A stretch of 38,037 nucleotides of DNA from a virus (IMGVR_UViG_3300031228_000018:1-38037); one strand, 5' to 3'. Numbered from the stretch's first letter, positions 17,955-27,302 are shown. The notes: a model not told the origin generated them from the letters alone. Numbers and translations are program-made.

Positions 17955-18322
17955 ACAGCTCCGATTGGGCTGGCTACCTCCATTTTAGGGACAAGTTTCG
18001 GGAAGCAACCGACCCGGCGTTCTACCCGACCGAATGGCTGGACGACCAGATACGCCGGGGGTTTGCACAGCCGATCGTCGGGGAAAATGCGGCGCTGGTC
18101 GTTGAAGTGCGGGTTTATCCCGGCGGCGCGCGGGCGGCGCACGGCCTGATCGCGGCCGGCGACGTCGGGGAAATTGTCGGCGTGCTCATCCCGGCTGCGG
18201 AGCAATGGGGGCGGGACAATGGCTGCACCATCGGGCTCATCGAGAGCCGGGAAGGCTGGTCGAAAGTGCTGAAATCACACGGCTGGAATCCCCATCAAGT
18301 ATCCCTGCGGAAGGAACTGTAA
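17951..18322 (+). CDS. Hypothetical protein (GNAT-like fold possible)
   Basis: AEQWGRDNGC...IESREGWSKVLK; usual slot between hub and ejection genes. Confidence 0.65.
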   Translation: MNSSDWAGYLHFRDKFREATDPAFYPTEWLDDQIRRGFAQPIVGENAALVVEVRVYPGGARAAHGLIAAGDVGEIVGVLIPAAEQWGRDNGCTIGLIESREGWSKVLKSHGWNPHQVSLRKEL

Positions 18323-19701
18323 TGGGCCTGTCAACGTCAAAGTCGAAAACGACCACGGACCAGACGCAAAACTCGACCTCGAACGCCACGCAGACGCCGA
18401 TTACGCCGTCGTGGATACAGGAAGGTGCGCAGGACTATTACGGGCGCATCGCCGACTTCGGCGAGGTGAACCCGCAATCGCTCGTCGCCGGGGCTTCGCC
18501 GCTGCAGCAACAGGCGTGGCGGGGAGCGCAGAACCTCGGGGGCTATCAGGCCGGGCTTTCCCAGGCCGCCGGCATGGCAAGCACAGCCGGGGGGATGGGC
18601 GCGAACACCTACAACGCACCGAACCTTGGCGCGGCGGCCCAATTTTCCGGGGCGCAGCTTCCGGGTTCACAGGGCTATTCCGCAGCCCAGCTTGGCGACC
18701 CTTCGACCATCGCGGCGAACATGGGCGCCTATAAAAACCCGTATGAGCAGGACGTGGTAAACCGCACCCTTGCCGGCATGGACGCCAACGCGGGGCAGGT
18801 GCGGGCGCAGCAGGCGGCGCAGGGCGCCCGGGCCGGCGCGTTCGGCGGTTCAAGGTTCGGCATCAGGGAGGCGCAAACGGAAGCCGAACTGGGCAGGGCA
18901 AGGGGCGATGCGGAAGCGGGGCTTCGTGCGCAGGGCTTCCGCGAAGCGGCGAGCCTGGGCGCGCAGGACGCATCGGCAAGGAACCAGTTCGGGCTTACGC
19001 AGGCGGGGTTCAACAACGAGGCCTCCCGCTACGGCGCCGACATGGCCAACCAGTTCGGCCTTACGCAGGCCGCCCTGCAGCAGCAGGCAGGCCTGGCCAA
19101 CCAAGGGGCAACCAACCAGTTCCAACTGGCACAGGCGGGCCTCACGTCCGACGCGGGCCGGTTCAACGCCCAGCAGGGCGACGTGGCGGCCAACCGGGGG
19201 CTGCAGGCCGCGCAGTTGCTTGGCGGGCTCTCCGGGCAGGCCGGGGAAGGCCAGCGGGCCGACCTTGCGGCTATGACGGCACTGGGCGAGCAGCAGCGGC
19301 AGATCGAGCAGCAGCAGGCGCTTGCCCCCTTGGCGCAGCTTCAGGCTGAGGGATCGCTCTACGGCATGACCCCATATGAGGCGCTGATCGGGCGCCAGAT
19401 GCAGGGCACCGAAAGCGGGACCATGACCGGGACGAACGTGACAAAGTCAAGCCCGTCGCTGTTCGACTCGCTCATTGCGGGCGGGCAGCTCGCAGGCACC
19501 CTGTTTTCCGACCGCCGCCTCAAGACCAAGATTAAACGGGTGGGCACATTGAACGACGGCCTCGGCATTTATGAGTTTGACTACATCTGGGGCGGGGAGC
19601 GCCAGCGGGGTGTGATGGCCGATGAAGTTGCGACCCTCCGTCCGCACGCGCTCGGCCCGACTGTCGGCGGATACGCAACCGTTAACTACGGAGCGCTGTA
19701 A
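18322..19701 (+). CDS. DNA ejection/pilot protein with C-terminal Peptidase_S74-like chaperone domain
   Basis: Q/A/G-rich, YKNPYEQDVV, GAFGGSRFGI, NQFGLTQA repeats; ends SDRRLKTKIKRVG...GVMADEV...VNYGAL. Confidence 0.8.
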   Translation: MGLSTSKSKTTTDQTQNSTSNATQTPITPSWIQEGAQDYYGRIADFGEVNPQSLVAGASPLQQQAWRGAQNLGGYQAGLSQAAGMASTAGGMGANTYNAPNLGAAAQFSGAQLPGSQGYSAAQLGDPSTIAANMGAYKNPYEQDVVNRTLAGMDANAGQVRAQQAAQGARAGAFGGSRFGIREAQTEAELGRARGDAEAGLRAQGFREAASLGAQDASARNQFGLTQAGFNNEASRYGADMANQFGLTQAALQQQAGLANQGATNQFQLAQAGLTSDAGRFNAQQGDVAANRGLQAAQLLGGLSGQAGEGQRADLAAMTALGEQQRQIEQQQALAPLAQLQAEGSLYGMTPYEALIGRQMQGTESGTMTGTNVTKSSPSLFDSLIAGGQLAGTLFSDRRLKTKIKRVGTLNDGLGIYEFDYIWGGERQRGVMADEVATLRPHALGPTVGGYATVNYGAL

Positions 19702-20366
19702 TGGGATTGTTCGGCGGATTGGGCAGAACGCTCAAGGGCATCGATTGGGACCGCGTTTCAACCGGCCTTTCTGCGGCCGGCGCTTCGGCGCATGGCGACC
19801 ACGGCACAGCAGCGCAAATCCGCTCGCTCAGCCAAAAGCAGCGCACCGACCGCGCCGAACAGGAGGCCAAGGCGCAAGCGGCCCAGGCGGCGGTTGCCGC
19901 GCTCGTGCGGCAGGGCATCCCCGAAGAGGATGCGAAGGTGCTGGTGCAGTCGGGCGCGGCGGATACGGTGCTGTCGGGCCGGTACGGGCAACAGGCGGAT
20001 AGCGAGTTCGTCCGCACGCTCAAGATGGCGGGGATCGATCCCGCTTCGCCCGAGGCGCAGCAGCTTGCCCGCCAGCGCGCGACCACCATGGCCAGCCCCG
20101 CGCCGCAGATGATCGGCAGTCCGGAAACCGGCTACAGATGGGTAACGCCGCCGCCGATGACATCTGCCGGTTGGCCGCAGCCGGGCGAGGCACGGCCACC
20201 CGCACAGAGCGGCGGTCCGCCAACGGTTTCCGACGAAGCGGGTTACAACGCGCTTCCACCGGGCACGCAATATCGCGACCCGCAGGGCACCATCCGCACC
20301 AAAGGAGGCGGTGGCGGCAACGCCACCGGCGGCTTTCGCTCCGGGGGGCCGAGTTTCCCATTCTGA
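19701..20366 (+). CDS. Putative ejection (internal virion) protein
   Basis: MGLFGGLG start, A/Q-rich, C-terminal YNALPPGTQYRDPQGTIRTK motif. Confidence 0.7.
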   Translation: MGLFGGLGRTLKGIDWDRVSTGLSAAGASAHGDHGTAAQIRSLSQKQRTDRAEQEAKAQAAQAAVAALVRQGIPEEDAKVLVQSGAADTVLSGRYGQQADSEFVRTLKMAGIDPASPEAQQLARQRATTMASPAPQMIGSPETGYRWVTPPPMTSAGWPQPGEARPPAQSGGPPTVSDEAGYNALPPGTQYRDPQGTIRTKGGGGGNATGGFRSGGPSFPF

Positions 20367-20739
20367 CATCAACCAGATCACGGGACAGGCCGAAAGTGGC
20401 AACCGTGACTACTCCGGCGCAGGCTCGCCGGTCGTCTCCCCCAGGGGAGCACGGTTCCGAATGCAAGTAATGCCTGAAACGGCCCGCGATCCGGGCTTCG
20501 GCATCTCGCCCGCTCGCGATGACTCCCCGACCGAATATAACCGGGTAGGCGAGGAATACACCGGCGCCATGCTCAATCGGTACGGCGGCGACCCGGCCAA
20601 GATGTGGGGTGCTTACAATTGGGGGCCGGGCAATCTCGACCGCGCCCTGCAAAACTATGGCGACCGCTGGCTTGACCATGCGCCCGCCGAAACTCGCAAC
20701 TACGTCAACCGCAATTTGCGCGCGCTAAGGGGTTATTGA
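20311..20739 (+). CDS. Lytic transglycosylase (SLT) domain protein
   Basis: AESGN (catalytic Glu), SPRGARFRMQVMPETA, AYNWGPGN, ETRNYV; start codon uncertain. Confidence 0.85.
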   Translation: MAATPPAAFAPGGRVSHSDINQITGQAESGNRDYSGAGSPVVSPRGARFRMQVMPETARDPGFGISPARDDSPTEYNRVGEEYTGAMLNRYGGDPAKMWGAYNWGPGNLDRALQNYGDRWLDHAPAETRNYVNRNLRALRGY

Positions 20740-23700
20740 TGACACAGCCTTGGCTAAACGATCCTATCTTTCAGCCGCAGCCGGCGGCTCAAAACCCCTA
20801 CCACATCGCGCCCGATCCGATCCTTGCCCAGCGCGCGGCTGCGGAGGAAGCGCGCCGGCAGGAGGACCAACGAAGCCAGCAACGGGGCGATGTCCGCGCG
20901 GACATTGGCACCGGCATTCAGCAGCGCGGCGAGGATCGCCAGCAGGGCAATGATCAGTTCAACCAAATAGACACGCTCCGCCAGCGATACGACAAAATGC
21001 CGGCGATTGTGGAATACCGTACGACGCTGCCACAGCTTATGGCGGGTCTGAAGGCGCCCGACGATGGCACGGGCGACAGCTCGCTTGTCTACGCATGGGC
21101 GAAGGTCATGGACCCGATGGGCTCGGTTCGCGAAGGCGACGTCGAGATGGCGGGTTCTGGCTCGTCAACGCTGTCCGCGCAGGCGGCCAAGTTGCGCAGG
21201 GAGTTCAATCTCGACGGCGGCGGCGTGCTGCCCCCCGAGGTCCGCTCCGGTCTCAAGCGCGACATGAACACAAAGGCTGTCGAAACAAGCCGGTCCTATC
21301 TTCTCCAGCGCAAGCGCTTTGAGGATGAAGCCACCGCCATGGGTTTCGACCCGGAGCGAGTAGTCGGCCCGCATGACAGCCTCCCCTTCCGAGACGATTA
21401 TTATGAGACCACCGGGCAGATTTGGGGCGAGGGAGCGCCCGTTCGGCCGGGCATGGAGCGCGAACGCGGGGACATCCCCGGCATTCGCGAGCCGACCCAG
21501 AAGGAAGTCTTCTCCGGCGGCGTGCAATGGGGCAGCGACACGCCCGAGATGCAGGACAGCGCCGCGTCCTATCTGGAGAAGAATTACGGTCTCAAGCCGG
21601 GCGGCGAAGCCGAGATCAACGCTTTCTGGAACGCCAACCGGGGCAACCCTGACCTGACCATCGACGGGGTGCGTGAATGGTACAGCCGGCGCGGAATGCG
21701 CGTCAACGACGCCGACATTTCCGCTGCGCTGACCAACGCGCAGAAGCCCGGTGTCAATTTCACGGGTTCGGGTGCTGAAGCAGCGGAGCAATCGTATTAC
21801 AACCAGCTCGACCAAGTGCTTCAGCAGCGCGGCGCTGACCCCGAAAGCCTCTCTGGCGCAGCGGGCATAGGCGCGGCGCAGGGCTTCACGCTGAGCGGGA
21901 TAGACGAAGCCGGCGGTATCGGCGGGGCGGTCAATGCCACATTCCAAGGGCAGAATCCGATTGCCGGTTATCAAGCCGAGCGCGATCTGATCCGCAGAGA
22001 ACATGACCGAGCGGGTCAGGCGCATCCCTATGTCGCAGGGGGCGCGGAGTTGCTGGGTTCACTGCCGACCGCCGGCTTGGGTTTCGCCCGTGCGGGCCGC
22101 CTCGGTGGCCTTACGCGGCAGGCCACCACCATCGGCGATACGGCGCGGGCATCGCAGCTCGGCCGTGCGGCCATCGGGGCGACCGTGCGCCCCGGCGCAA
22201 CGGCAGGCGGGATTTACGGTTTCAACGCGGGCGAAGGCCCGAGCGGCAGCCTGACCGGCGCCGCAACGGGCGCCGCCATCGGCGCGGCAGTGTCGCCGGC
22301 CATGCAATGGGCAGCGCCCCATATCGGCAACGCGGCGCAGATGGTGACAAGCCGCTTCGGCCGGCAACCGAACCTCGCGCCGCGCGCACGTGACCTGGCT
22401 AATGCGGGCCAGGCTGAGCGGGTGACGGTCAACCGCGCGATGGTCGATCCTTCGCTGGCCAACCGCGTGTCTGGCGTTGACGCCACTCTGACCGGCGGCC
22501 CGCGTCTCCAGCGCGGCATGACGGACATAGAGGGCCAGATCGAGGGCCGCGTCAACCAGCTTGGCGGGCGCGGGCGGGCGATGAACGAAGTGACCGGCGG
22601 GCAGATGGTCGAACGTGCGGGGCGCCGCGCGATCGAGAAGACCGGCAAGTCCGCGCAACTCAAATATAACCGGGCTGAACGCTTGGCCGGCAACGCGCGG
22701 GTTGAACCTCGTGAAAGCCTTAGCCGCGTAGAATCTATGATTGCGGACCTCAGCGAAACGGCCAGCACCAACGCCGACGAAATCGCATATCTGCAAACCG
22801 TCCGCGAGGATCTAACCAAAAACCTCTCTGTGGGTGCCCTGCGCCGGATGCGAACCAAACTGCGGAAGAAGATCAGTAAAGGTGATCTGGTATTTGGCGA
22901 AGACGAGGCGCGGGTCTTGGCGATCATGGACGGCGCAGCGGACGACATCCGCGCCGGGCTGACGCAGCTAGGCAAGGCGGCGGCTGCCCGCGCGTTCGAC
23001 ACGGCCGACAAAGCCTATCGCGCCCGCATGGAATACATCGGGGGGACTGTTCAGACGCTCCTCGGCAAGCGCCAGGCTAACGTCCCTGCCGAGAAAATGT
23101 GGACGCGCTTCCAGGCGATGGCTTCGAACAGAGGCGATGCGGTAGGGCTCCGCAAGTTTTACGCCAGCCTGGCCCCAGATGAGCGGTCCGACGTGGCCGC
23201 CACGTTCGCGAGCGAGCTGGGCCGCAACAATGCCGGCGAGTTCTCCGTCGCGCATTTCCTCAGCCAGTCCGAGAACCTGTCCGAAGACGCGCTCCGCACC
23301 GTCTTTGGTCCGCAGGGGGCGGAATCGATCCGCAACCTTCGTATGCTCGGAACGGAGGTTAAGCGTGTTACCTCCGCCATGAACAGCCGCACTAGTAAGT
23401 CAGGCGTGGCATTGGGGTGGCGCTCGCGGCTCACCGATCTTCTGCTCGGCGGCGGGCTGGGCGGGGCGGCGGGCTTGGCAAGCGGCGGCACGGGCACGAC
23501 GCTCGGGGCTGTCGCCGGGGCCGCCGTTGTCGGCGGCGCGAATGCGGGCCGCAATTACCTTTCCGCCCGCGCCCTCATGTCGCCGGACCTGACGCGGTGG
23601 CTGCGGCAAACCCCGCAGTCGAGCAACCCACAGGCGATGCAGGCGCACATGCGGCGTCTTGGCGCGATTGCGCGAGCTGAGCCGATGTTGGCTGGCGACA

Positions 23701-23801
23701 TCGACATCCTCACCCGCGCGATCAACGACAACCTTCCTGTGGCCGCTCAATCAGCCGCCGAAGAGGGTGATCGTAACCAGCGAAATGGATACGCCCGCTA
23801 G
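20736..23801 (+). CDS. Large DNA ejection protein
   Basis: 1021 aa, A/G-rich and helical, KVMDPMGSVREGD motif, last gene of the virion module. Confidence 0.78.
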   Translation: MMTQPWLNDPIFQPQPAAQNPYHIAPDPILAQRAAAEEARRQEDQRSQQRGDVRADIGTGIQQRGEDRQQGNDQFNQIDTLRQRYDKMPAIVEYRTTLPQLMAGLKAPDDGTGDSSLVYAWAKVMDPMGSVREGDVEMAGSGSSTLSAQAAKLRREFNLDGGGVLPPEVRSGLKRDMNTKAVETSRSYLLQRKRFEDEATAMGFDPERVVGPHDSLPFRDDYYETTGQIWGEGAPVRPGMERERGDIPGIREPTQKEVFSGGVQWGSDTPEMQDSAASYLEKNYGLKPGGEAEINAFWNANRGNPDLTIDGVREWYSRRGMRVNDADISAALTNAQKPGVNFTGSGAEAAEQSYYNQLDQVLQQRGADPESLSGAAGIGAAQGFTLSGIDEAGGIGGAVNATFQGQNPIAGYQAERDLIRREHDRAGQAHPYVAGGAELLGSLPTAGLGFARAGRLGGLTRQATTIGDTARASQLGRAAIGATVRPGATAGGIYGFNAGEGPSGSLTGAATGAAIGAAVSPAMQWAAPHIGNAAQMVTSRFGRQPNLAPRARDLANAGQAERVTVNRAMVDPSLANRVSGVDATLTGGPRLQRGMTDIEGQIEGRVNQLGGRGRAMNEVTGGQMVERAGRRAIEKTGKSAQLKYNRAERLAGNARVEPRESLSRVESMIADLSETASTNADEIAYLQTVREDLTKNLSVGALRRMRTKLRKKISKGDLVFGEDEARVLAIMDGAADDIRAGLTQLGKAAAARAFDTADKAYRARMEYIGGTVQTLLGKRQANVPAEKMWTRFQAMASNRGDAVGLRKFYASLAPDERSDVAATFASELGRNNAGEFSVAHFLSQSENLSEDALRTVFGPQGAESIRNLRMLGTEVKRVTSAMNSRTSKSGVALGWRSRLTDLLLGGGLGGAAGLASGGTGTTLGAVAGAAVVGGANAGRNYLSARALMSPDLTRWLRQTPQSSNPQAMQAHMRRLGAIARAEPMLAGDIDILTRAINDNLPVAAQSAAEEGDRNQRNGYAR

Positions 23802-23870
23802 AAACGGGCCGTACCAAAACGCCAGAACGAACCAGACCGGCCAGTAAGGCCAGCGCGTGAGCTTTTGCAC
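23751..23870 (-). CDS. Small antisense membrane protein (39 aa)
   Basis: MQKLTRWPYWPVWFVLAFWYGPFLAGVSISLVTITLFGG*; too short for the supplied ORF track. Confidence 0.5.
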   Translation of the reverse strand: MQKLTRWPYWPVWFVLAFWYGPFLAGVSISLVTITLFGG

Positions 23871-23899
23871 ACCGCCCGCATACCACAAGCGGAGGGACT

Positions 23900-24016
23900 G
23901 TGGGAACACCGCTGACGATCCTCGCCATCATCACCTTGCTGGTGCTCGCAGCCCTGTGGTGGATTCAACGACAACACGAGCAATTCATGAAGGACCGAGA
24001 CGATGAGCGCCTGTGA
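23900..24016 (+). CDS. Small single-TM protein (38 aa)
   Basis: GGAGG then GTG; MGTPLTILAIITLLVLAALWWIQRQHEQFMKDRDDERL*. Confidence 0.5.
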   Translation: MGTPLTILAIITLLVLAALWWIQRQHEQFMKDRDDERL

Positions 24017-24164
24017 AAGACTGGCCGAACTGCTCGCCGAATTTGAGGCGTCCGGCAACGAGGAAGCAGCGGCGGGCATCCGCGCCGCGATGGAAGCGGC
24101 TGGCTGCGGTGTGACCGCTGAAGGCGGCGGCACAGGCGATGGCCCGCCGCCCAATAACCCCTGA
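24003..24164 (+). CDS. Small acidic peptide with GGGTGDGPPPNNP tail (53 aa)
   Basis: AAGGA ribosome-binding site; TGATG-coupled to the next gene. Confidence 0.65.
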   Translation: MSACERLAELLAEFEASGNEEAAAGIRAAMEAAGCGVTAEGGGTGDGPPPNNP

Positions 24165-24631
24165 TGCACTGGACGCTTGCCGTCCTGATCGCGCTGTGCG
24201 GGCTGTGCGCGCTGCTGAACCTGTTTCAGTTCGCGTTCACCCGCACGGTTCGCGGCGCCGGGCTGCTGATATGCGGCGCGTGGGCGGTGCAGCAAAGCTA
24301 CTGGTGGACGACGGGCGGGGACAGCTTCGCGCTGATTGCCGCCTGCGATGCGGGGATCATCGGGTGGTTCGTCTGGCGACTCTACCGTGGCCGGACCTTC
24401 GACCTCGGCGAGCGGATGATAGCCGCGACGATCCCCCTGACGACCGCACTGGTAGCGTTCGCCTGGTTGAATGGTGGGGCCACAACCGAAAGCTGGTGGG
24501 CGAACTGGTGGATCGTCGCGGGGCAGATGACCGCCGGACTGCCCTTCCTGGGCGTGGCCTATCGACGGGCGCGGGACACGACCCGTGAGTTCGATCCGTG
24601 GAAGCATTTCGACTGGATGGAAAAAGCATGA
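24164..24631 (+). CDS. Multi-pass membrane protein
   Basis: About five hydrophobic Trp-rich segments in 155 aa. Confidence 0.75.
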   Translation: MHWTLAVLIALCGLCALLNLFQFAFTRTVRGAGLLICGAWAVQQSYWWTTGGDSFALIAACDAGIIGWFVWRLYRGRTFDLGERMIAATIPLTTALVAFAWLNGGATTESWWANWWIVAGQMTAGLPFLGVAYRRARDTTREFDPWKHFDWMEKA

Positions 24632-24640
24632 GGGGCGAGC

Positions 24641-25015
24641 ATGATCGAGGGGGGAATAACGCTTGCGACTGCGGTTTATACTGGCGTCGGGGGCCTCAGT
24701 TTCGGTCTTTCTTTCCTTTTCGTCCGTTGGCTGGCCGACTTCATCGCTGGCCGCGTGGACCGCAAGGAAGCCCGCGTGGATGCTGGAATGCGCGAGCTTC
24801 TGGACGATCTGCGCCAAGAGATCGACCGCCTGAAAGAGGAGTGCGTGGCCATGCGTGCGGCGCTGGCGGAATGCGAACGCAAGCACGCCGAATCGGAGGC
24901 CAGGGTTCTCGGGCTAGAGGCCGAAATGCAGGGCTACGGCAACGTACGCAACGAGGTGCAGCGCAGGGTCGCAGCGGAGCGGCTGGCCGACAAGGATAGG
25001 GAGGGCAAGGAATGA
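24641..25015 (+). CDS. Membrane-anchored coiled-coil protein (lysis module, possible holin)
   Basis: N-terminal TM segment then heptad repeats; directly before the endolysin. Confidence 0.65.
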   Translation: MIEGGITLATAVYTGVGGLSFGLSFLFVRWLADFIAGRVDRKEARVDAGMRELLDDLRQEIDRLKEECVAMRAALAECERKHAESEARVLGLEAEMQGYGNVRNEVQRRVAAERLADKDREGKE

Positions 25016-25728
25016 CAACGCTCGCGCAGATACAGGCCCACGTCGGCATTCCGGCCGATGGTAAGCTCGGCCCCGTGACGCTGGCGGCGATTGCCAAGGC
25101 GCTGGGGATGCCGAAGGATGGCGGGGCGGTGAAGGCCCACACGCTCGGCGATAACGCCAAGTTCTTCGCCGCCGTCCGCAAGATCGCAGGCCCGCTGGAC
25201 GAAGTGCAGGTCGATACGATCAACCGCCTGCTCGTCGCCGCTTCCCGCTGGCCGTTGAGCTGGATTGCCTACGCCTTCGCAACCGCATGGCACGAGGCCC
25301 GGCTGAAGCCGATCAAGGAAATGGGCAGCGATGCCTACCTCGACAAATACGACACCGGCAAACTGGCCGCCGCGCTGGGCAACACGCCCGAGGATGACGA
25401 TGACGGCATTCTTTACGCCGGGCGCGGCCTCGTGCAGCTTACGGGCAGGCGCAACTATTCCAGCGCGGGGCAGTTTCTTGGCCTCGATCTGCTCAAGAAT
25501 CCAGACCTCGCGCTCGCCCCGGAAGTCGCCACGAAGATACTCGTGTGGGGCATGGAAGGCGGCAAGTTCACCGGGCGCGGGTTGGACGACTGCCTGCCTG
25601 ATCGCCGCGGCACGCACGCGCAGTTCATGCAAGCCCGGCGGATCATCAACGGGACCGATCGCGCCGTATTGATCGCGGGCCACGCGGAGAAGTTCCAGGC
25701 AGCGCTTGAGGCCGGAGGGTGGGCGTGA
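25012..25728 (+). CDS. Endolysin, GH19 family, with N-terminal peptidoglycan-binding segment
   Basis: ADGKLGPVT; AYAFATAWHE; YAGRGLVQLTGRRNY; ARRIING. Confidence 0.92.
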   Translation: MTTLAQIQAHVGIPADGKLGPVTLAAIAKALGMPKDGGAVKAHTLGDNAKFFAAVRKIAGPLDEVQVDTINRLLVAASRWPLSWIAYAFATAWHEARLKPIKEMGSDAYLDKYDTGKLAAALGNTPEDDDDGILYAGRGLVQLTGRRNYSSAGQFLGLDLLKNPDLALAPEVATKILVWGMEGGKFTGRGLDDCLPDRRGTHAQFMQARRIINGTDRAVLIAGHAEKFQAALEAGGWA

Positions 25729-26063
25729 GCGAAGGCCGCTCGACCTTCCGCTACACGGTCGGCATGATCGCCATCATGGGCGGGCTGGCCGGGTTGCTGT
25801 GCCTGTATTGGGTCGAGATACCCGGCGGCAACCGTGACGCGGTGATGCTGGCGCTCGGCATTGTGCTGGGGTGGGGATCGAGCGTCATCAACGGCGAATG
25901 GGGCAGCTCGCCCGCTGGCCGCCGTGTAGCAGAGGCGGGTGTGGAAGCGAGCCGCAAATCTGCGGAAGGCCCGTCCGGAACCAAGGACGACCCGCTGGCG
26001 GTGGAAGGTGCACCGCCGGGGAACGAACCCGTGACGACAAAGCCGGCGAAGCGCGGTGAATGA
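25725..26063 (+). CDS. Putative holin (two TM)
   Basis: Two TM segments around EIPGGNRDAV, then WGSS; follows the endolysin. Confidence 0.7.
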   Translation: MSEGRSTFRYTVGMIAIMGGLAGLLCLYWVEIPGGNRDAVMLALGIVLGWGSSVINGEWGSSPAGRRVAEAGVEASRKSAEGPSGTKDDPLAVEGAPPGNEPVTTKPAKRGE

Positions 26064-26307
26064 CGAGCACGTCCCCCTGCGCGAGCATTTCGAGGAGCTG
26101 CGGAAGGCCGACGAGGCGGCGGTGAATGTCGCGCTCAAAGCCGCCGACGAGAAATCCAAGTCGCACAACGATATTCTCAGCGAGCTACGGCATCAACAAT
26201 CCACCTACGTTACCAAAGAGCAGGTTCGTTGGGCCTTCACCGCCATGCTCGCCGGGGGAGCCTTAGTGGTCGCGATCTTCGCCGCAATTAGCGGGGCCGG
26301 GGTATGA
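26056..26307 (+). CDS. Small protein with C-terminal TM segment
   Basis: Helical N-terminus and hydrophobic C-terminus; coupled to its neighbours. Confidence 0.7.
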   Translation: MNDEHVPLREHFEELRKADEAAVNVALKAADEKSKSHNDILSELRHQQSTYVTKEQVRWAFTAMLAGGALVVAIFAAISGAGV

Positions 26308-27035
26308 TCGAACTGCTGATCGTCGCCGTGCTCGCGCTCGCCGTGCTGGCCGTGCTTGCCTACCGCCGCGCAGAACGGCGAAAGCGCACCGCCTCGACCT
26401 GCGGCCAGGCGCCGCACCCCGGCGGCACGCTGGACCCGGCGGCCTGGCATATCGGCCCGCGCCTGCCCGGCGATTGGGGCAACCGCTCGCCGGGGATGCC
26501 CGAACACCCCGCGCCGGCCCCGGACGGTTGGCAGATAGACTTGCCCATCGGCGTCGACCTCCCGCTCGGCGAAGGCCCCAAGGTCGGTTATCTCACGTTC
26601 CGCCACGGGCCGCTGACCGGCAAGCGCCGCATCCGGATGCGCTACCGGCTCGAGATGGACCCCGACGTCCGCGTGCTCGCCGTCCCGGAGATAGACCCGG
26701 CCTCGCATATCCCGGCGCGGCTGACGCTGTATTTCCAGCGCGAAGGCGACGACTGGAGCGGGCGGGGCGAGTTCGAAGCCTATCGCTGGTGGCACACCGC
26801 CGCGATTCATTACCTGGCCGAGGGCGAGCATGAGATCGTCGCCCCGCTCGGCAGCGGGTGGAGCGCGGTGGAAACCTCGACCCTCGCAAGCAATTGGCCG
26901 GGCTTCCTTGCCGCCATAGACGAGACCTGTTGCGTGGGGTTCGTGCTGGGCGGCAACGAGATCGGCCTGGGCCACGGCGCGCGGGCGACGGGCAAGGCGC
27001 GGATGACCGTTACCCATTTCCAGGTGGAGGACTGA
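26304..27035 (+). CDS. Membrane-anchored exported protein of unknown function
   Basis: N-terminal TM segment followed by a Trp/Gly-rich beta domain (LYFQREGDDWSG...YRWW...VGFVLGG). Confidence 0.75.
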   Translation: MIELLIVAVLALAVLAVLAYRRAERRKRTASTCGQAPHPGGTLDPAAWHIGPRLPGDWGNRSPGMPEHPAPAPDGWQIDLPIGVDLPLGEGPKVGYLTFRHGPLTGKRRIRMRYRLEMDPDVRVLAVPEIDPASHIPARLTLYFQREGDDWSGRGEFEAYRWWHTAAIHYLAEGEHEIVAPLGSGWSAVETSTLASNWPGFLAAIDETCCVGFVLGGNEIGLGHGARATGKARMTVTHFQVED

Positions 27036-27038
27036 GCC

Positions 27039-27302
27039 GTGACGAAATTGGCCGCCGTCGAGACGCTATACGAAACGAACTGCCGTTCAATCCCTGACAT
27101 GCTCCGGCAATCGGCCGACAGCATCGAATCCGAGGCTGGCGAAGGCTACTCGCCAACGACCGCCATGGTGGCCGTGCAGCTCGCGGAGAATGGCAGCGTC
27201 CAGATTTATTGCTGGGGCGATACCGACGATCAGCGCGCGCTCGGCTTGCTCATGCGCGGACAGCACCACTTGCTCGAAATTCTGGCGGGATACGGCGCAT
27301 GA
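27039..27302 (+). CDS. Hypothetical protein
   Basis: 87 aa ORF with GGAGG upstream, coupled to the next gene. Confidence 0.7.
   Translation: MTKLAAVETLYETNCRSIPDMLRQSADSIESEAGEGYSPTTAMVAVQLAENGSVQIYCWGDTDDQRALGLLMRGQHHLLEILAGYGA

Noticed and set aside
6673-24886. Long antisense ORFs (e.g. 6673-7881, 11841-13067, 23798-24886)
   Set aside because: Shadow frames of GC-rich genes with no recognisable motifs.
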